A DNA stretch of 64,000 nt from Nageia nagi (Eukaryota; Plantae; Pinophyta): assembly GCA_050084985.1 (NCBI GenBank), contig JBITNC010000001.1, forward strand, positions 203,794,001 through 203,858,000, given 5' to 3'. Position 1 is the first letter of the stretch. Each line of letters opens with the position of its first letter. Below the pieces are notes generated by a model, which was not told the DNA's origin, did not search any database, and saw only the letters and a program-made list of their open reading frames with translations. Shown piece by piece: positions 13,444-26,920 of the stretch. The position numbers were made by a program, and so were the translations under genes.

Positions 13444-14688
13444 TGTGATGATCCAAAAATCAAATTTCCCATTTAGCTAGCAATACAGGATAGGCTTCCA
13501 ATTCACACATTCAAACCCTCAAGCATGCAACATTAGGGTTAGAGCATTTACCTTCAACATTTAGATACCCAAAATGCCAACGTCTAGCATATGTAAGCAT
13601 ACATCAATGAACACAACCTTAGAATGCTAATGTCTGGCTCATACATGCATAATCCAAACCCTAACACATTAAGATGCCTCTGAATGATAAACACAAGCAT
13701 ATACAACCATCAAGATCCAACGCATGCATAAGATGAAGCAATACAATTAAAGCATGAGATCCAAGTGCCCTCTGGCTATACGAATGATATACAATGATAG
13801 CAAGTACAATACCAAGTCCAATTGGCAATCGCTGGCCTCCAACGAGCCAACTAGGGCACAACAATTCGATCTCTCCAATATTGAACAATTTCGGAACCAT
13901 GTTATTGATTCACTCCCTCAGATCCCGAATCCTCTCCACTGAAGGAGCCCTCTTCGAAACCAGGATAACCGAATGAACGATAGAAGTAAACCCTCAGGAT
14001 GCCACCGGATGGGCAAAGGTGCTCCACCAATGCCATAGATAATTAGGATCACAATGGCTGACTACCTTTTAGATGCTCCGCCTAGGAATGGAATGCTTAG
14101 CATCACTGAGACTTTTGTTTGAAAGACTGAAGTAGTAGTAATGAATAATAATGGCTATCCAGTAATGAAGGTTCAATGTCTATTTATACATTACTTGTGT
14201 CTGGAACTCACCTAGGTGTCATCCCAGGCCCATCTAATCCAACGTTGGGTATTTGGGGTGATTTAATCACTGAAAGTGCCAACGTGGGGGTCATGATCAC
14301 TCATAATGCCAACGTGGGGGTCATGATCACTTAATGAGCCAACATGGGGTCCCTAGCCCTAAAAGTGCCAACATGGGGGTACTGGAGTTCTCATGAGCCA
14401 ATGTGGGGGTATGGGACCCTCCTCAGTGTGGCGCTAGCATGTTGGTGGCCATCCAACACTCTAATGCATAAACATACCTTGGGATTCCCACAATCCGGGA
14501 TCTCCAATGCAAAACATGCCTACTCTACTACTTCGGAGGGAGACGTCCCACTTGGGGCTCACAATGGGGTCCATTAGACCCATTAAGTCTCCTATCCTAA
14601 GTTACATAATGCAAATACAAATAAATCAAATAAATATAGTACAAGATGGCCAAACTGGTCCCACTAAAAGTACAAGGGGGATGTCTAT
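13444..14688 (-). mobile_element. Solo LTR S3 inserted in unit B
   Basis: TGTGATGATCC...GGGGGATGTCTAT (degenerate end); approximate TSD AAATA/AAAGA; family motifs present. Confidence 0.8.
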
Positions 14689-16464
14689 AAAGATCACAAA
14701 TGCAGGGATAAATGCATAGGAATATCAATAATGAACTTACGAAGACATCACCAGTGATGCAATGTCTCAGCAGGTCATCTCCGGATTCATTAAGAAAATG
14801 TATTCACTTTATCAAGCCGAGTACCAAATAGCAAAAGGCTCAAGTTACTGCCAAACGAGAGCAAGAAGTTGTAGGGTCTTGGTGGAGGATTGGATGGAAT
14901 AGGGTGAAGGGAAATGACCAACATGTGAATAGATGAAACTAATTGAATGACATAGAGATAAGTTATACACCTTAGAATACATTCAGTTACGTACAAACCA
15001 TGCAATGAACAACTTAAATCACTTCTAAAGATATTCAATCATATTTTCTTAAAATTTGTAGTTTTCAAAGAAAATGAACTTAAGCAGTAAAAATCATTCA
15101 AACCAGCAAGAGAGTCTCATAGGATAATATGCATTATCCCACAAATGATAATCTTTACAATATTAACTTTATAGAACTATTCCAGAAATAAATAAACTCA
15201 CATTGATATTCCATAACATGAACAAAAGCATTCCTTTCTTGATTGCAATGATCTCAATATGTTAATCAACATGAAACAGAGATACGACAATATACATCCA
15301 TGATATGCAAAGAATCCCTTATGCAACAAATCCTTATGCAACCATATGCAAAAATCCTCAATTTTAGTGGATGCAATAGGCTTATGTGATCAACATTATG
15401 CAAAATCCCTTTCTAAATTGCTCGAATGTAGTATTAATAGGCCATTAGAAGTGTTTCCCTAAAGGCATCAAATCTGATATGGTGTGCACACACGCAACAC
15501 ATACCGATACAAAATCTGATTGTTTACACAACAATATGCAAGTGGCATTTCAAAGCTGACAAAATATAAATGCCACAGCCGTAATGCATTTAATCTATCT
15601 CTAATCTATGCAAAAGAAAATCAGATATTCAATAAATGTTTGGATTATGAACTGATGGGAGCAAAACCTCATCCTTGCACCAATTAGAACCATAAATGAG
15701 TTTGACGGATTTGATATTGTGGAGCAAAATCTCATCCCTACACCACTCAAATCAAGTAAATGAAGTTTGACATAAAAACAACAATAACAACCACCATCAA
15801 TATGCATTGAATACTAGAAAGGATGATTGCAGACAGAATTTGCGAGTAGATTAGATCTAGGCGATATTTGATCCGGTACTGGCAGAGTTCCACTCGTTTG
15901 TGAGATCGTACGACTCAATGGTCTCTTCCAAGAATGCTACGGTCTTCCGTACTCCCATGGAAACCATGTCAATGATGTTGCCATTCTACCTTAAGTAGTC
16001 TCTAATCTACCTGGACGTAGCCTGCATTTGGAATCTCTAGATGACCATCTACCATTAGTCGATCATACGATGCCCTACCTTCAACAAATTGAGATCTTCG
16101 ACATTTAAATGATCCTGTATTAGGTTTTGGGCCTTTGCCAATACCGCTTCCTTCTTGTGCACGTTGTTGTCTTCCCTTTTGAAATCTGAGTTGGTATACA
16201 TACTTACTCATATGCTCCTCTACCTCGTTTCTCAAGGGGATCCTGACTTTCAGAATGATATTACACTTCTCGAGTGCATTCTCAACTAGTCCTGTTGATA
16301 CATAAACTCATGGCAGTAGACCAATTTCTTGTGTCTGTCAGCGAAGATTTGCTATAGATGGGTGACGTTTGGGAGATAACCATCTAGCTTCTCGAGGAGG
16401 CTATACATCTGAGAAGATAACTTCTCAATGGTCTCCATCATCTCCTTCTTTAGTTGGTCCTTCA

Positions 16465-17722
16465 TGTGATGATCCAAAATGGATCTCAAACCAAATATTA
16501 GTAAACGATAAACAAAGACACCAACCAGGGTTTCCAACACCCTCAAAAATGGAAACCCTACACCATCGTTAGACCTCTAGGGCACACAACACTACAAGCT
16601 TGACGTCAGCCTCCTAGGGCTTTCAATCACACTAAACACCCAACGATTGCTCACAATGATGAATTAATGAATTACATACATCCACAATGTCTATAGTGGA
16701 AAACCAACATAAACAAACACCACAACAATGCCACATGTACAAATAAGGAATCAAGATGCTCAACGATGTCACTAGAATAGAATTGATAACACAAATATGA
16801 AATCCAATTCCCAACGACTTGTATTATGATAGGAAATGAGCTGCAATACAAAACCTTTCTCCAAGAGCTAGATGTTGGCCTCACAGGAGCCAACTAGGGA
16901 AAAACCACTGAGAAATCCTCATTACAATCTACCGAACCACAAGATTAGATCCACCTCCTTAGACCTCGATTCCTCTCCATTGAAGGAGTTCTTCTCAAAC
17001 CTTGGCGACCAACTGAATGGTAGAGATGTATCTTGGAAATGCCACCGGAATGGGCTTGGTGACCCACCAAAGCCGTAGATAGTCAGGGATCCCAACGCTT
17101 GCCTACCCTCTAGACGACCCACCCAGGATGTGTTGCTTAGCACCGTTAAGTCTTCTACCCAAAGCTCTGGTATCAAGAAATATAATCAACAATCTACCCT
17201 AGCAATGAGGCTCTCATGTCTATATATACTTTTGTTATGTCTAGAGCTCACCTTGAAATCATCCCAAGCCCCTTTTAATCCAACGTTGGGGTCAATATGG
17301 TCAAACCAGCCAACATGGGGGTCATAATGGCCCAATGTGCAAATGTGGGGGTCATAAAGGCCCTTTATGCTGATGTGGGGTTCATAATGGCCCAAATAGC
17401 TGATGTGTGGGTGCTGGAGTGCTTAAGTGCCAACATGGGAGTGTGGGACCCTCCCCAATGTAGTGCAATCATGCTGAAGTTTGTCTAACCTATAAACACA
17501 TATATAGACATCAGGATTCCCACAATCCGGGATCTCTATACAACTCACAAGCCAAAACTACTACTCGGGAGGGAGACGTCCCACTTGGGGCTCACAGTGG
17601 GGTCCATAGGACCTATTATTATTCCTGTACTGAGTTAAAATGAAGTACATGAAAACACACTATACTGATATAATACAAGATGACCCAATGGGTCCCATTA
17701 CATATTCAAGGGGGACGTCACA
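16465..17722 (-). mobile_element. Solo LTR S4 inserted in the ORF of unit B
   Basis: TGTGATGATCC...GGGGGACGTCACA; perfect TSD CTTCA. B coding sequence resumes on both sides. Confidence 0.92.
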
Positions 17723-18168
17723 CTTCATCAACTCCCATTCTTCATGGAAGGAAGCTTGTTTCGTCAGGTTGATAGGGGTGGTGCTAACGGTCTAGAACTC
17801 TCTAATGATTTTCCCGCTAGCCGTGAGTTCCCTTTTTAGCCTCTTCACCTCCTTCTTGGCTTCATAGCTTTCTGTTGTGCCCTACACAACTCACCTCAAA
17901 ATTTCACAATTTTGGGGACCCTCTGCAACTAAGACCCGTCAAGCGTCCAATCAGAACAACCTTCCCTCACCTCCAATGGACTCGAAATAAAGCCTATCAT
18001 TCTAGCATCAAAGTGTAATCATCTGCCAAGTCTTGGTTGTGTCACATTGAAGACTACAACCCTTGAAAAATGACTAAGTCTGGAGAGTTTAAGTTGAGTC
18101 TAGGTGGAACTCGGAAGCCTGAGTCAAGTGGAAACCAAGCAAGTTGGATCGGGGCCTATACCAGGCCT

Positions 18169-19021
18169 GGCGCATGTTCTAGGAGGACAAAATGTTCTCT
18201 TTGTGGGACGTGCACTCGGGCTAGGAGGACACCTAGTTTCAAGGTAAAGTTCGAAAACTCAAATTGGGTCAATCCTAGACCCAACGCATGCCATGAAAAG
18301 ACAATTTTGTGTTTTTGGGGCATGCACTAGGCTCAGGAAGAGGCTTAGGATAGAACGAAGGCTTGAAAAGGACAATATAGCACATTTGAAGGCTGTTGCA
18401 TGCCTCAAAAAGACAAAATCTTGTCTTTTGGGAGCATGCGCCAAGCCTAGGAAGGTTTATAGATGAGACGAAACTGAAAAATTGGCTAAGGCATGGAGCC
18501 TAGAAGCCTAGACGTCGCTCTAGTGTGACCAGAGGGGCTGGCGCATCCCTCAAAAAGACAATTTCATAACTTTTGGGAGCATGCGCCTTGCCTGGGAAGA
18601 CACCAGCACAGAGCAAGCTTGAAAATTTGGTTAAGTCCCGTGAGCAAGAGACCAAAGTAAGCTAAATCTGGCCATCTACAACCCAACACATGCCTCATGA
18701 AGATAGGATCATGACTTTCTGGATCATGCACCCAGACTGGAAGAACCGGAGGAGTTGGAGCGTGTTTCAAAAAGACAAAATCTTGTCTTTTGAAATCATG
18801 CGTCAGACATGGAAGGGTCCTTGGGTCGAGTCGTTTGAGAAAAATGGGCAAGTTGGACCCTAGGGAAAGTGAGCATCAAGCAAGATCAAGTCTTAGGACG
18901 GAGCTCTAGGATCAAGTTGGATGGACAGGAATGCAAGGAAGGCCAACGTGGGGAGTGCATTCACCCCAAGGTTGGCGTATGTTTCAAAAAGACAAAATCT
19001 TGTCTTTTCTAGGCATGCGCC
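18169..19021 (+). repeat. Array of 7 palindromic ~48-bp repeats with non-repetitive spacers in unit C
   Basis: Consensus about GGCGCATGYYTCAAAAAGACAA-AATC-TTGTCTTTTGRGGCATGCGCC. Copies start near 18169, 18283, 18395, 18540, 18685, 18758, 18974. Confidence 0.85.
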
Positions 19022-19177
19022 AGGCTTGAAGACACTCCAAAACCCCACGTTCGGTCTTGGTTGGTTGGGAACAAAGTTTTATGGTGACACGCATCTCGAG
19101 GCCGGCTATCTAGATGATTGGGATGTATTTTTCTCCTTCACCCAGCCAACTAGGGTTTGAAGGAAGCCAACCTCAGC

Positions 19178-19185
19178 TATAAATA
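19178..19185 (+). promoter_or_regulatory. Candidate TATA box for the unit C ORF
   Basis: CTATAAATAC between the hairpin array and the ATG at 19398. Confidence 0.5.
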
Positions 19186-19397
19186 CCAACATGGGGACCT
19201 CATTTTTCTAATTTCAGATTGCACTCCTCTTCTACACTTGCGCCAAAATTGCAGAATTTTGAGTTTGAAATTCGTCTAGTTGCTTGAGAAGGCTTTCGTA
19301 AGGGACTAAGAAGGCGAGGAGGGAGACGTGGAGGTCATAGGCTTGCAAGAACACCAACGCATCACCTTGGAAGGTCCTCGCCACTCGCGACAACATC

Positions 19398-22300
19398 ATG
19401 GCTAGTTCCAAAAGCAATTCGGCTAAGGACTATGCACGTGATTTGGAGAATATCAAACAAGAGTGCATCATCATTATATGCGAGCGACAAGACTCCTTGC
19501 CTCAAGGGGCTAAGTTCTCTAAGAATGGACTAGCCACTGTTGAAGACACAGATTGGCAGAAGGTGGACCCGATGCAAATGAGGGAGAAGATCAGAAACAT
19601 GCCAATTAGCAAATTGAAATAGGACATTGTCTTCTTCTCTGGACTCTCAAATTGTGCCTTCTTCCCATTCACAGCCCTATTCCCAAAGTTGTGCTTGGAA
19701 GTTGGCCAACATTGGAAGAAAGGTGAGAGAGTACTTCGTGACATCAAAGGCAACATCATTGTGGACTTCAACCTTGAAGCCATCAAGACAACATTTCAGT
19801 CGACTTCGAAGGGCAACTTTGAGTACACAGGAAAATTTGTTGGCGTGCTATCGAGATACCAATAGGGTAGCCACGACAATCAAGAGTTGGATGTTGGACG
19901 AACACCATGGCTTGAAGGGCAACGCACTCATCAATGCTTGTCGCTACCACTTCTATCCGTCTATGGAATTAATGATCCTCATGTTGTCGCGAGTTCTCGG
20001 GAAGGAGGATGCGATCAAATTCTGGAAAGAGTTCTTTGGCTTCATCATGGAGATAGCTAGGGGGGAGAAGGTCAAGTGGAGTAAGGTGTTGAGTGATAGC
20101 ATCATGGACCAGTTGTCATCAGTGGGGACCAAACACAAATTTTAGCTCTAGTCATATTTGGTATACCTGCTGCTTCATGGCAAGCAAAGGCCTACAACTT
20201 TGGGGGAGGCAAACTTGATTGAGAAGGGAACATATATCATAAGGAAGTGCTACCCTAAGTGGAAGATCGAGAAGAGATGGGAGAACTTCATGATGAAGAC
20301 TGATGGATGGGAATATGAGATCTACAAGGAGCTTAAGGGAGAAATCACTGTTGCAAGGATCTCCAACTCAGCCCAGGATGCATCGAGGAAGGATGGAAAC
20401 TTCTTCATCCATCACCAACACTACTCCTAAATTCGCCTCTATGGATTAGCTGTGGAGCCATATCAATTGCCTTGGTATGTGAGCAATAGGATGTTCTTGA
20501 AGGAGTTGATGAGATAGTTGACCTACTTGCATGAGCACGTTTGGCAAAAGAAGTCAGCCACTTCCAATTTGCCGGTCATAGTGGGGGAGTATCAGTGTAG
20601 AGCGTGGGTGGATGTGAATTCCGTGATAGAGGAGTTGGGAAAATACAACTTCCAGAAGATGCCAATTGCTAGCCAGTATGATCCTGAGCACCGGATCCAC
20701 GACTTCTACATGAAGGAAAGGAAGAAAGCCTACGAGCATAGGCCACTTACAGAAAAGGAGCCATTTTGATATGTCAACACTGAAGTGGAAGTGAAGAAGA
20801 TTCGTGCCAAAATGCAAGAAGAGGCTTAGAAGCAACAACTGGAAGTAGAGGCATCGATTGATAAGTAGTTATCTCAATTGGGGGGAAAGAAGCCACAGGA
20901 ATGTACCTCTAAGGTCACGCAGTTTCCATTGACGATTGAGGAGCCCGTTGGATAGTATGCGTTCATGCATGGGAAGAATCCTGTTGAGCAGGTAGTGCAA
21001 CAGGTCAGAAATACAGTCTACGAACATGATGTGAGGGAATTGGAGCGTGTGGCGACTAACAAGGTGGTGAGATGTGTGAGGAAAAGAAAAGCAGATTCAT
21101 CGTGGCCCCAAAGGCCACCAAGAACAGCGGTGTCACATCCATCTTAGACCATCCCATCGTCAGTATCAGAGTGCTCGGGCTGTTTGTACGAAGTTGACAA
21201 CACCCCTGAGAAAGAACAAGCAGAATAGTAGGAAGAAAATGATTGTTAGAGCATGCTTGCAAATGAGGAATACGAGAGCATACCTGAAGATGATTTTGAT
21301 GAAGAGCCAGAGAACGAGTATGTAGCTAGTACTGTTCCCGGGGGAGATATTTAGGATGTGTAGGGTGAATAAGAGCCATCATTGGAGATATTGAAGGAGG
21401 TCCATAGCCATACCATCTTAGAACCTTCAACATCTCGAAGGAAAGACAAAGACCCTACCCTCGAGTCAATACCAAGGAGAACTCAATTAAAGAGGGGATC
21501 TCAATCTAGATTATTAGGCACACCTAGGAAAGGTGCTGGACAAGAAGAGAGGCCTTTGAAGAGAATCAAAGAGAACTCCATCATTGTCGCTGAAGCAGTT
21601 ATTGAGACCCATTAGCCATCGCCTAATCATGAGTGGGGCATAGATATGGATGAGCCTTGATGTCTTTAACATGGATGTCGGAGAAGAATTCAGACCTAAA
21701 GGAGCAGAAGATCAGATTGGGGAGAGTTCCACTCGTTTGGGGAGGAGTCAGACTTATGTGCACATGATAGATAATGCGGTATGCATTAAGACTATAGTAG
21801 CTGACAAGGAAAACACTTAGGGCCTTGGAGACTTGAGGCAAATAAATCAGATCATCAACATAGGCCCCATTGGTGTGACTAGTAGAAAACATGTGATCAT
21901 CTTGATAAAGAGTTTAAAGAAAGAGATAAAGAGTTTAAAGAAAGAGTTGGCAGCCTAGCGAAGATTGACTCGTGAGCTTGAGTCAGCCAAGGTGCCTACA
22001 GAAGAGCTTCGAAAGGTGAAACCCCTTAGAGAAGGCATGATGGCAGTGAAACAGGAGGTAATGGATGAGATTTTAGCAATGTCAAGACAATTCATTATGG
22101 CCCTTCACAAAATTTCGTTTGAGGAAGACCAGTTGAAGTATGTTGTCACCGAGAGGTTCAGGTTGCACAGGTTTTTGGAATCCCAGAAACCCATGATACT
22201 GAGATTCGAGGTGACACTGGTTCTATTTGGACATAAACAATCAAGTACTCACCCGCTTCCAGTAGACAGAGGAGGTGATCGCAATCAACGACAAGGCCCA

Positions 22301-22640
22301 CTCATGTATGGAGCAGATGGACTTTCAGGTACAGTTTTTGGAAGAGAATACCACCATTTGCGAGGCCGATGAGTTAGTGTTGGAGGTTAGACACCTTCTT
22401 CACATCTTGATGATGACATAGGATGTGAACTTTTACCAGTCAGGGAGTCATTTGAGGCATATGTGATGGGCTCATGCGTGGAAGGCTGAGATGTAGAAGT
22501 TGGTGGACAAGGTCGAGGATAGCATGCTTGTTAGCAGATCGAAGTTCTCGGAGATGTTGCATGGAGTTGAGTCTACGGTAAGATTCTTAGCCTAGGGCTT
22601 CGAGGATTGAGTTGCGGGCTTTGGCCCACCATTGGCTTAG
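19398..22640 (+). pseudogene. Decayed ~1000-codon ORF of unit C
   Basis: MASSKSN...VEDTDWQKVDP...LCLEVGQH...LSRVLGKEDAIKFWKEFFGFI...VKWSKVLSD...SYLVYLLLHGK...YQLPWYVSNRMFLKELMR aligns by eye with unit B. Premature stops and frameshifts; 3' end approximate. Confidence 0.8.
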
Positions 22641-25600
22641 CTATTGTTTTGCATTAGATTAGTTTATTTTCATAAAACGTTTTTATTTTCAAGCTAGATC
22701 TTTTTAATATTATTTTATTCCCAATCTCGTGAAGGATGAGGACTTGCTCCTACGAGTTTGGAAGAAACTTTGTAAGTCCATGTGGCACATTTTCATTGAA
22801 CCTCACTTTATCTCTTGATACTTGTGATTAGGGTTAGGGCAACACTGTTGGTTGCTCCTAAAACTATTTATACCCCATTTTGATTCATTTCTAAAGGGGG
22901 GATTGACATTTTGACGACTTAACAAGAACTTTGCTGGACCAAAATTGCTCTTAAGTGTTAAAAATGGTGTACGTGGATGCTATTGTGATTATATACTTGT
23001 TCATGTTGGAATAGTGGATGTGAATGAATGTTAGATAGTGTTATTTGTGTTTATTCTATCATTGCTTGATGTTATTTCAGTTGACTTGGTGTAGCTCGTA
23101 AATTTCATTGAAGTGGACGAGAGCTTGCTTGCATACCCTTAGAAGTAGTTGATTGGTATCTTGTGGATGATATTTCACTATTTGCAATATAGGTTTGGTA
23201 ATCTTGGGATGTTTCACTAATGTTGTTTGCCGCAGGAACTTCACCCAAGTCCTTCAGTTCTACCCTGGTCTCATCCTATGTCATTGCGCTAGCTTCACGC
23301 TGCATCCATTCAGCTATTTTTGTTGTTGGTTGGTGGATTGGATAATGGGTGCTTGGAACCTGCATCGAACCCAAGTGAATCGACTTCCGAGAGTCCTTAC
23401 CAAACCTGTGAGCTTGTATGCCCACTTTTGCATCTGATTCCCATAGTTTTTCCAACATCTTTTTTTCTTTTATTTTACTCCTTTTTTCCACGATTTTCAC
23501 ACCTAAATTTCCCTTTCAGCATTTATAGAAACAACCTCATTCAAGTCCAAATACAAAACTTAGAGTCCCTTGATCCCACACATGATATTCATGTTGGTGG
23601 CTGCTCTAAACATCTCAACTACCTCTTGGGTTATTCTCGCATAGCCCGCGAAGCTAACCTTTATGATAACTAGTCCCCCCATAGCGGGAGGGAGTAACGT
23701 CCCTTTACCTGAGGTGTTTGCGTTTTTTCCACTACCTTTTGGGTAGGAAAGAGAAACACCCCAACAATTTCCTGTTCCATGAAAGCATCATTTTGAGTTA
23801 CAATGTGCTTCTGGGCTATCAAACCTAACTTAACGGACATCTTAAACATCTCGATCATACAGTTGTCGGGCCTCTGAGGATGTTTCTCCGTGGAGTAACA
23901 GTGGTTGATGGAGATCTATTTTCGAGAACTAGAAACAAAAGTATCAACTCTTCTAACTTTCTCTCCATCGGAGAGCTCCTCTTCTTTATCCTCAGATCTC
24001 AAGTCCTAGTCAATTTCTTCGTCATGAGCCATACTTGTGCTCAGGGCTCTAAGGTAGGCATCTAAGTCAATATCTGGATGTTCGGTTGTTGGCTTGGGAG
24101 GGAGCCTCTGCACCGGCACTCGACCTCTGTAGATCTTCTTGACTTCTTTGGTTGGATTGGTCTAAACAAGGGCAACTTCGTTAGTTTGGTGCTCGTGCTT
24201 TCTCTTCTTCTTTTTGTTCTTCGGTCTCCTTTTCATCATCTTCATCTTCACCACCGCGACCTATTGATATACCTTTCTTTCGTGGCTGAGGGGATCTTTC
24301 ATGGTTTTTCCTCTTCAGAGAGGGCTTTTGAGAAGACAAGGGCGACCTCTTTCTGTATTCGGCAAGAGAGGGTTTGGAGGCACCCACCTCTGTTGTACAT
24401 TTTACTTCGACGATTTGGACTTAATCATCATAAGTCCCAATGTCTATAATTTGGTCATCATCATCATCCGGGAGAGTTTCAATATCTATCTCATCAGGTG
24501 TAGAAGCACCTATAGCTACGTTGTCTTGGCTAGGGTACTCTTGATTAGTAGCATCATCTGCATCATCATCATCATCTTCTTCTTTCACCAAGACTTTCCT
24601 CGTGACTCTTTGTCTCGGAGTCTTCTACTGTATGGCTAGGTTCTTCATCATTTGCTTTATCAGAAGAAGAAGTGGAGTGTTCGGAAGAACTGGAACTTGG
24701 TTGTAGTGGGGTAACTTTTTCTCCACATCTAGGAGGACGAGTGGGTCTAGAAGGGGTTTCTTTAGTGGGTGAATCACTGGCGCAAGCTTCCTCTAGAATA
24801 CTGAAGGGGACAATGCAGTAATCAACATCTCTCAGGTCAGCCACCAGCACACGACGTTTGCTAGGTCCTGAGGCATGTTCCCTTGGCGTTTCTTGCCTTT
24901 TCCCCATGGGAAGGAAGGACTTTTTGACTTGTGGAGGTACATTGTTTCCAGAAGGAGGGGATGTTTTGATCCTCAATGGGACCTCTCTAGGTCTTGCCTT
25001 TACAGTTCTGGGTCTCTGAGGCGTCCTTTCTCCTTGGAGGGGAGCCTTATTCCTTCTCAAAAGAGCATCTATCCTCGCTATCTCCTCCTCATCTCACACA
25101 TTTTGGTACTTCTCCACATTCCCTAAAAATTTATGCTAGTAGGTAACAGGTTTTTGGAATGCGATGCTGTAGAAATGAGCAATCACACCTTTTTGATCAT
25201 AATTTCTGGTCGCCATCTCCTTGAAGAAGACGTATTGCTGCAACTCCTTCATGTCGTTGGCCTCATTCCAGATTTTGCAAACATAACTTGTGATTGAGAT
25301 GGGCAAGTTGATGGTTTTATCCTTCTTTCTCCATACTCATTCCTTCAAAAACAATAATTGCCTAGCAAATTCCATGAGGATGAGTCTATCACTGGCATAT
25401 CTGGGCAGGAGCAGGGGTTGTTCTTTGGAGCCATAGACCTTGATGTAAGTATGATCAACATACTGCAGATAGAAATTTGCATGTACACCGATGGCCTGAA
25501 TAGCAGCATCAGAAATCCTCTTGACCATCGATTCTTCTTTGATATCTTTGTAAATGGAGTAGTCCCATCGATTGTTCCTTCTCATAGAAATGCTTGAACT

Positions 25601-26920
25601 TATTATGGTACCACCACTTCGGGTAGATCCGCCACACTGGAATGCCTTTATGGCCTAAATATCTTTCATCTGCAAGCTCTCTTAATCTGAGCTTGCCATG
25701 CAACAACAGGTACACAAGATAGGATTTCATGTAGAACCTTTTGCGGGAGCCAAAGTAGGCTAGCTAGTGGCATAAGGCATCATTGATTACCTTGCTCCAT
25801 CTGATGGCTCAATGTAATAAATCCGACGAACTCCTTCCTATATTTAGAGTCATTTTCCTGACCTATGACTCTGGAAAACAAAGTGATCAACTTAGAAACT
25901 ATAGGAAGGAACTCTTCCCTATGGGCGTTGATCAATCTCTGGCCCGAGATGCCCTGGTAGTCTTCATACAACCATCTTCTTATATAATCTCCAGGTCAGG
26001 CAATAGAATCATGGAATTGCTTTGAATTGATTAGTGTATAATCATCTCCATATCTTCTCCATCCAAAAGCGGTTTCGATCCCTTTCGGAGAGAAGTTCAT
26101 GATCATGTTTCATTTGGTGTCCAAGAGAACTCTTTTATCATATTTGCATCGTTTGGCTACCTCATAGCACAACTCAAGAAATGGGACAACAAAAGGCATC
26201 ATAGTGGCGTTGAACAACCCACAAGAATGGATGATTTCATCTGATAAATCCTCCTTGCTGATGGAAGCAGTGGAGGCTATAGTCTGGATGGGGTCAACAT
26301 TTCCCCAATCTATGTCTCCGACGAAGATGTATTTCCCCTTGAATTTGGCTTCAGGGAGCTCTGGTTTTTCTCTCTGTTGCAACTCTATTTGAAACTCTTC
26401 TAAGAGTCTTTTCATCAAGTCCCTTGTGACATGTCTTTCAAAAAGTTGTCCCTGAATGTTCTTGGCCTCTGATGGGGGAGGCCTCACCTTAGAAGTCATC
26501 TTAGATCCTAGAAAGTGTGGAGAAACTTGCAGAAAAAGGATTTGAAAACTAGTTGAGAATACCCCAGAAATGACTAAGTATCAAACTGAATGTGCTTCAA
26601 AGAATGCCGCAACAATGGCTAGACATGCAGGTCTAGGTTGCAAAATATCCCTTAAAAATGAACTGGGACTGCCCTCTTTTCTAGAAGATGCATGGAGGGT
26701 TTGTGCATGGCACAATGCATGTATGCCACTTGTCTTCTTGGTCTTTCAACTCCTGGCTTCTTCTGTACTTAGACAATTTTAGGTCACAGATCCTAGGACA
26801 CATGGATTTGGATGTGTGCTTTTTCACTGTTTGGAAAACATACGATTGGGTTCCTGATGAGCAAAACACATCACTTACTCAAATCTAGGCGAACAATAGT
26901 TCATACCACCACTTCTTATT

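Larger units (their letters stand above)
17873..23766 (+). mobile_element. Unit C: complete 5,894-bp gene-bearing giant solo-LTR-like unit (diverged subfamily) inserted into the ORF of unit B
   Basis: TGTTGTGCCCTACACAACTCACCTC ... GGAAAGAGAAACACCCCAACA; TSD CTTTC/ATTTC. Both termini resemble those of B and A. No LTR pair, PBS, gag or pol. Confidence 0.88.
15840..26499 (-). pseudogene. Decayed large ORF of unit B in three pieces (26499-23767, 17872-17723, 16464-~15840)
   Basis: MTSKVRPPPS...FVGDIDWGNVDP...ELCYEVAKR...KSYLVYLLLHGK...YIKVYGSKEQPLLLPRYASDRLILMEFARQL...low-complexity tract...EMMETIEKLSSQMY. The pieces rejoin across the TSDs and are collinear with unit A. Confidence 0.85.

Noticed and set aside
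18169-19021. CRISPR array interpretation of the hairpin-spacer arrays in C and B
   Set aside because: Eukaryotic TE context, no cas genes, degenerate repeats, and spacer lengths far too variable (~25-180 bp).
22890-23766. AAAGGGGGGA at ~22893 as a PPT, making 22900-23766 an ordinary 3' LTR of unit C
   Set aside because: No matching copy of this segment at the 5' end of C (or B) and no PBS. The TSD-bounded unit has non-repeated ends, and the purine run follows a TATA-like motif.
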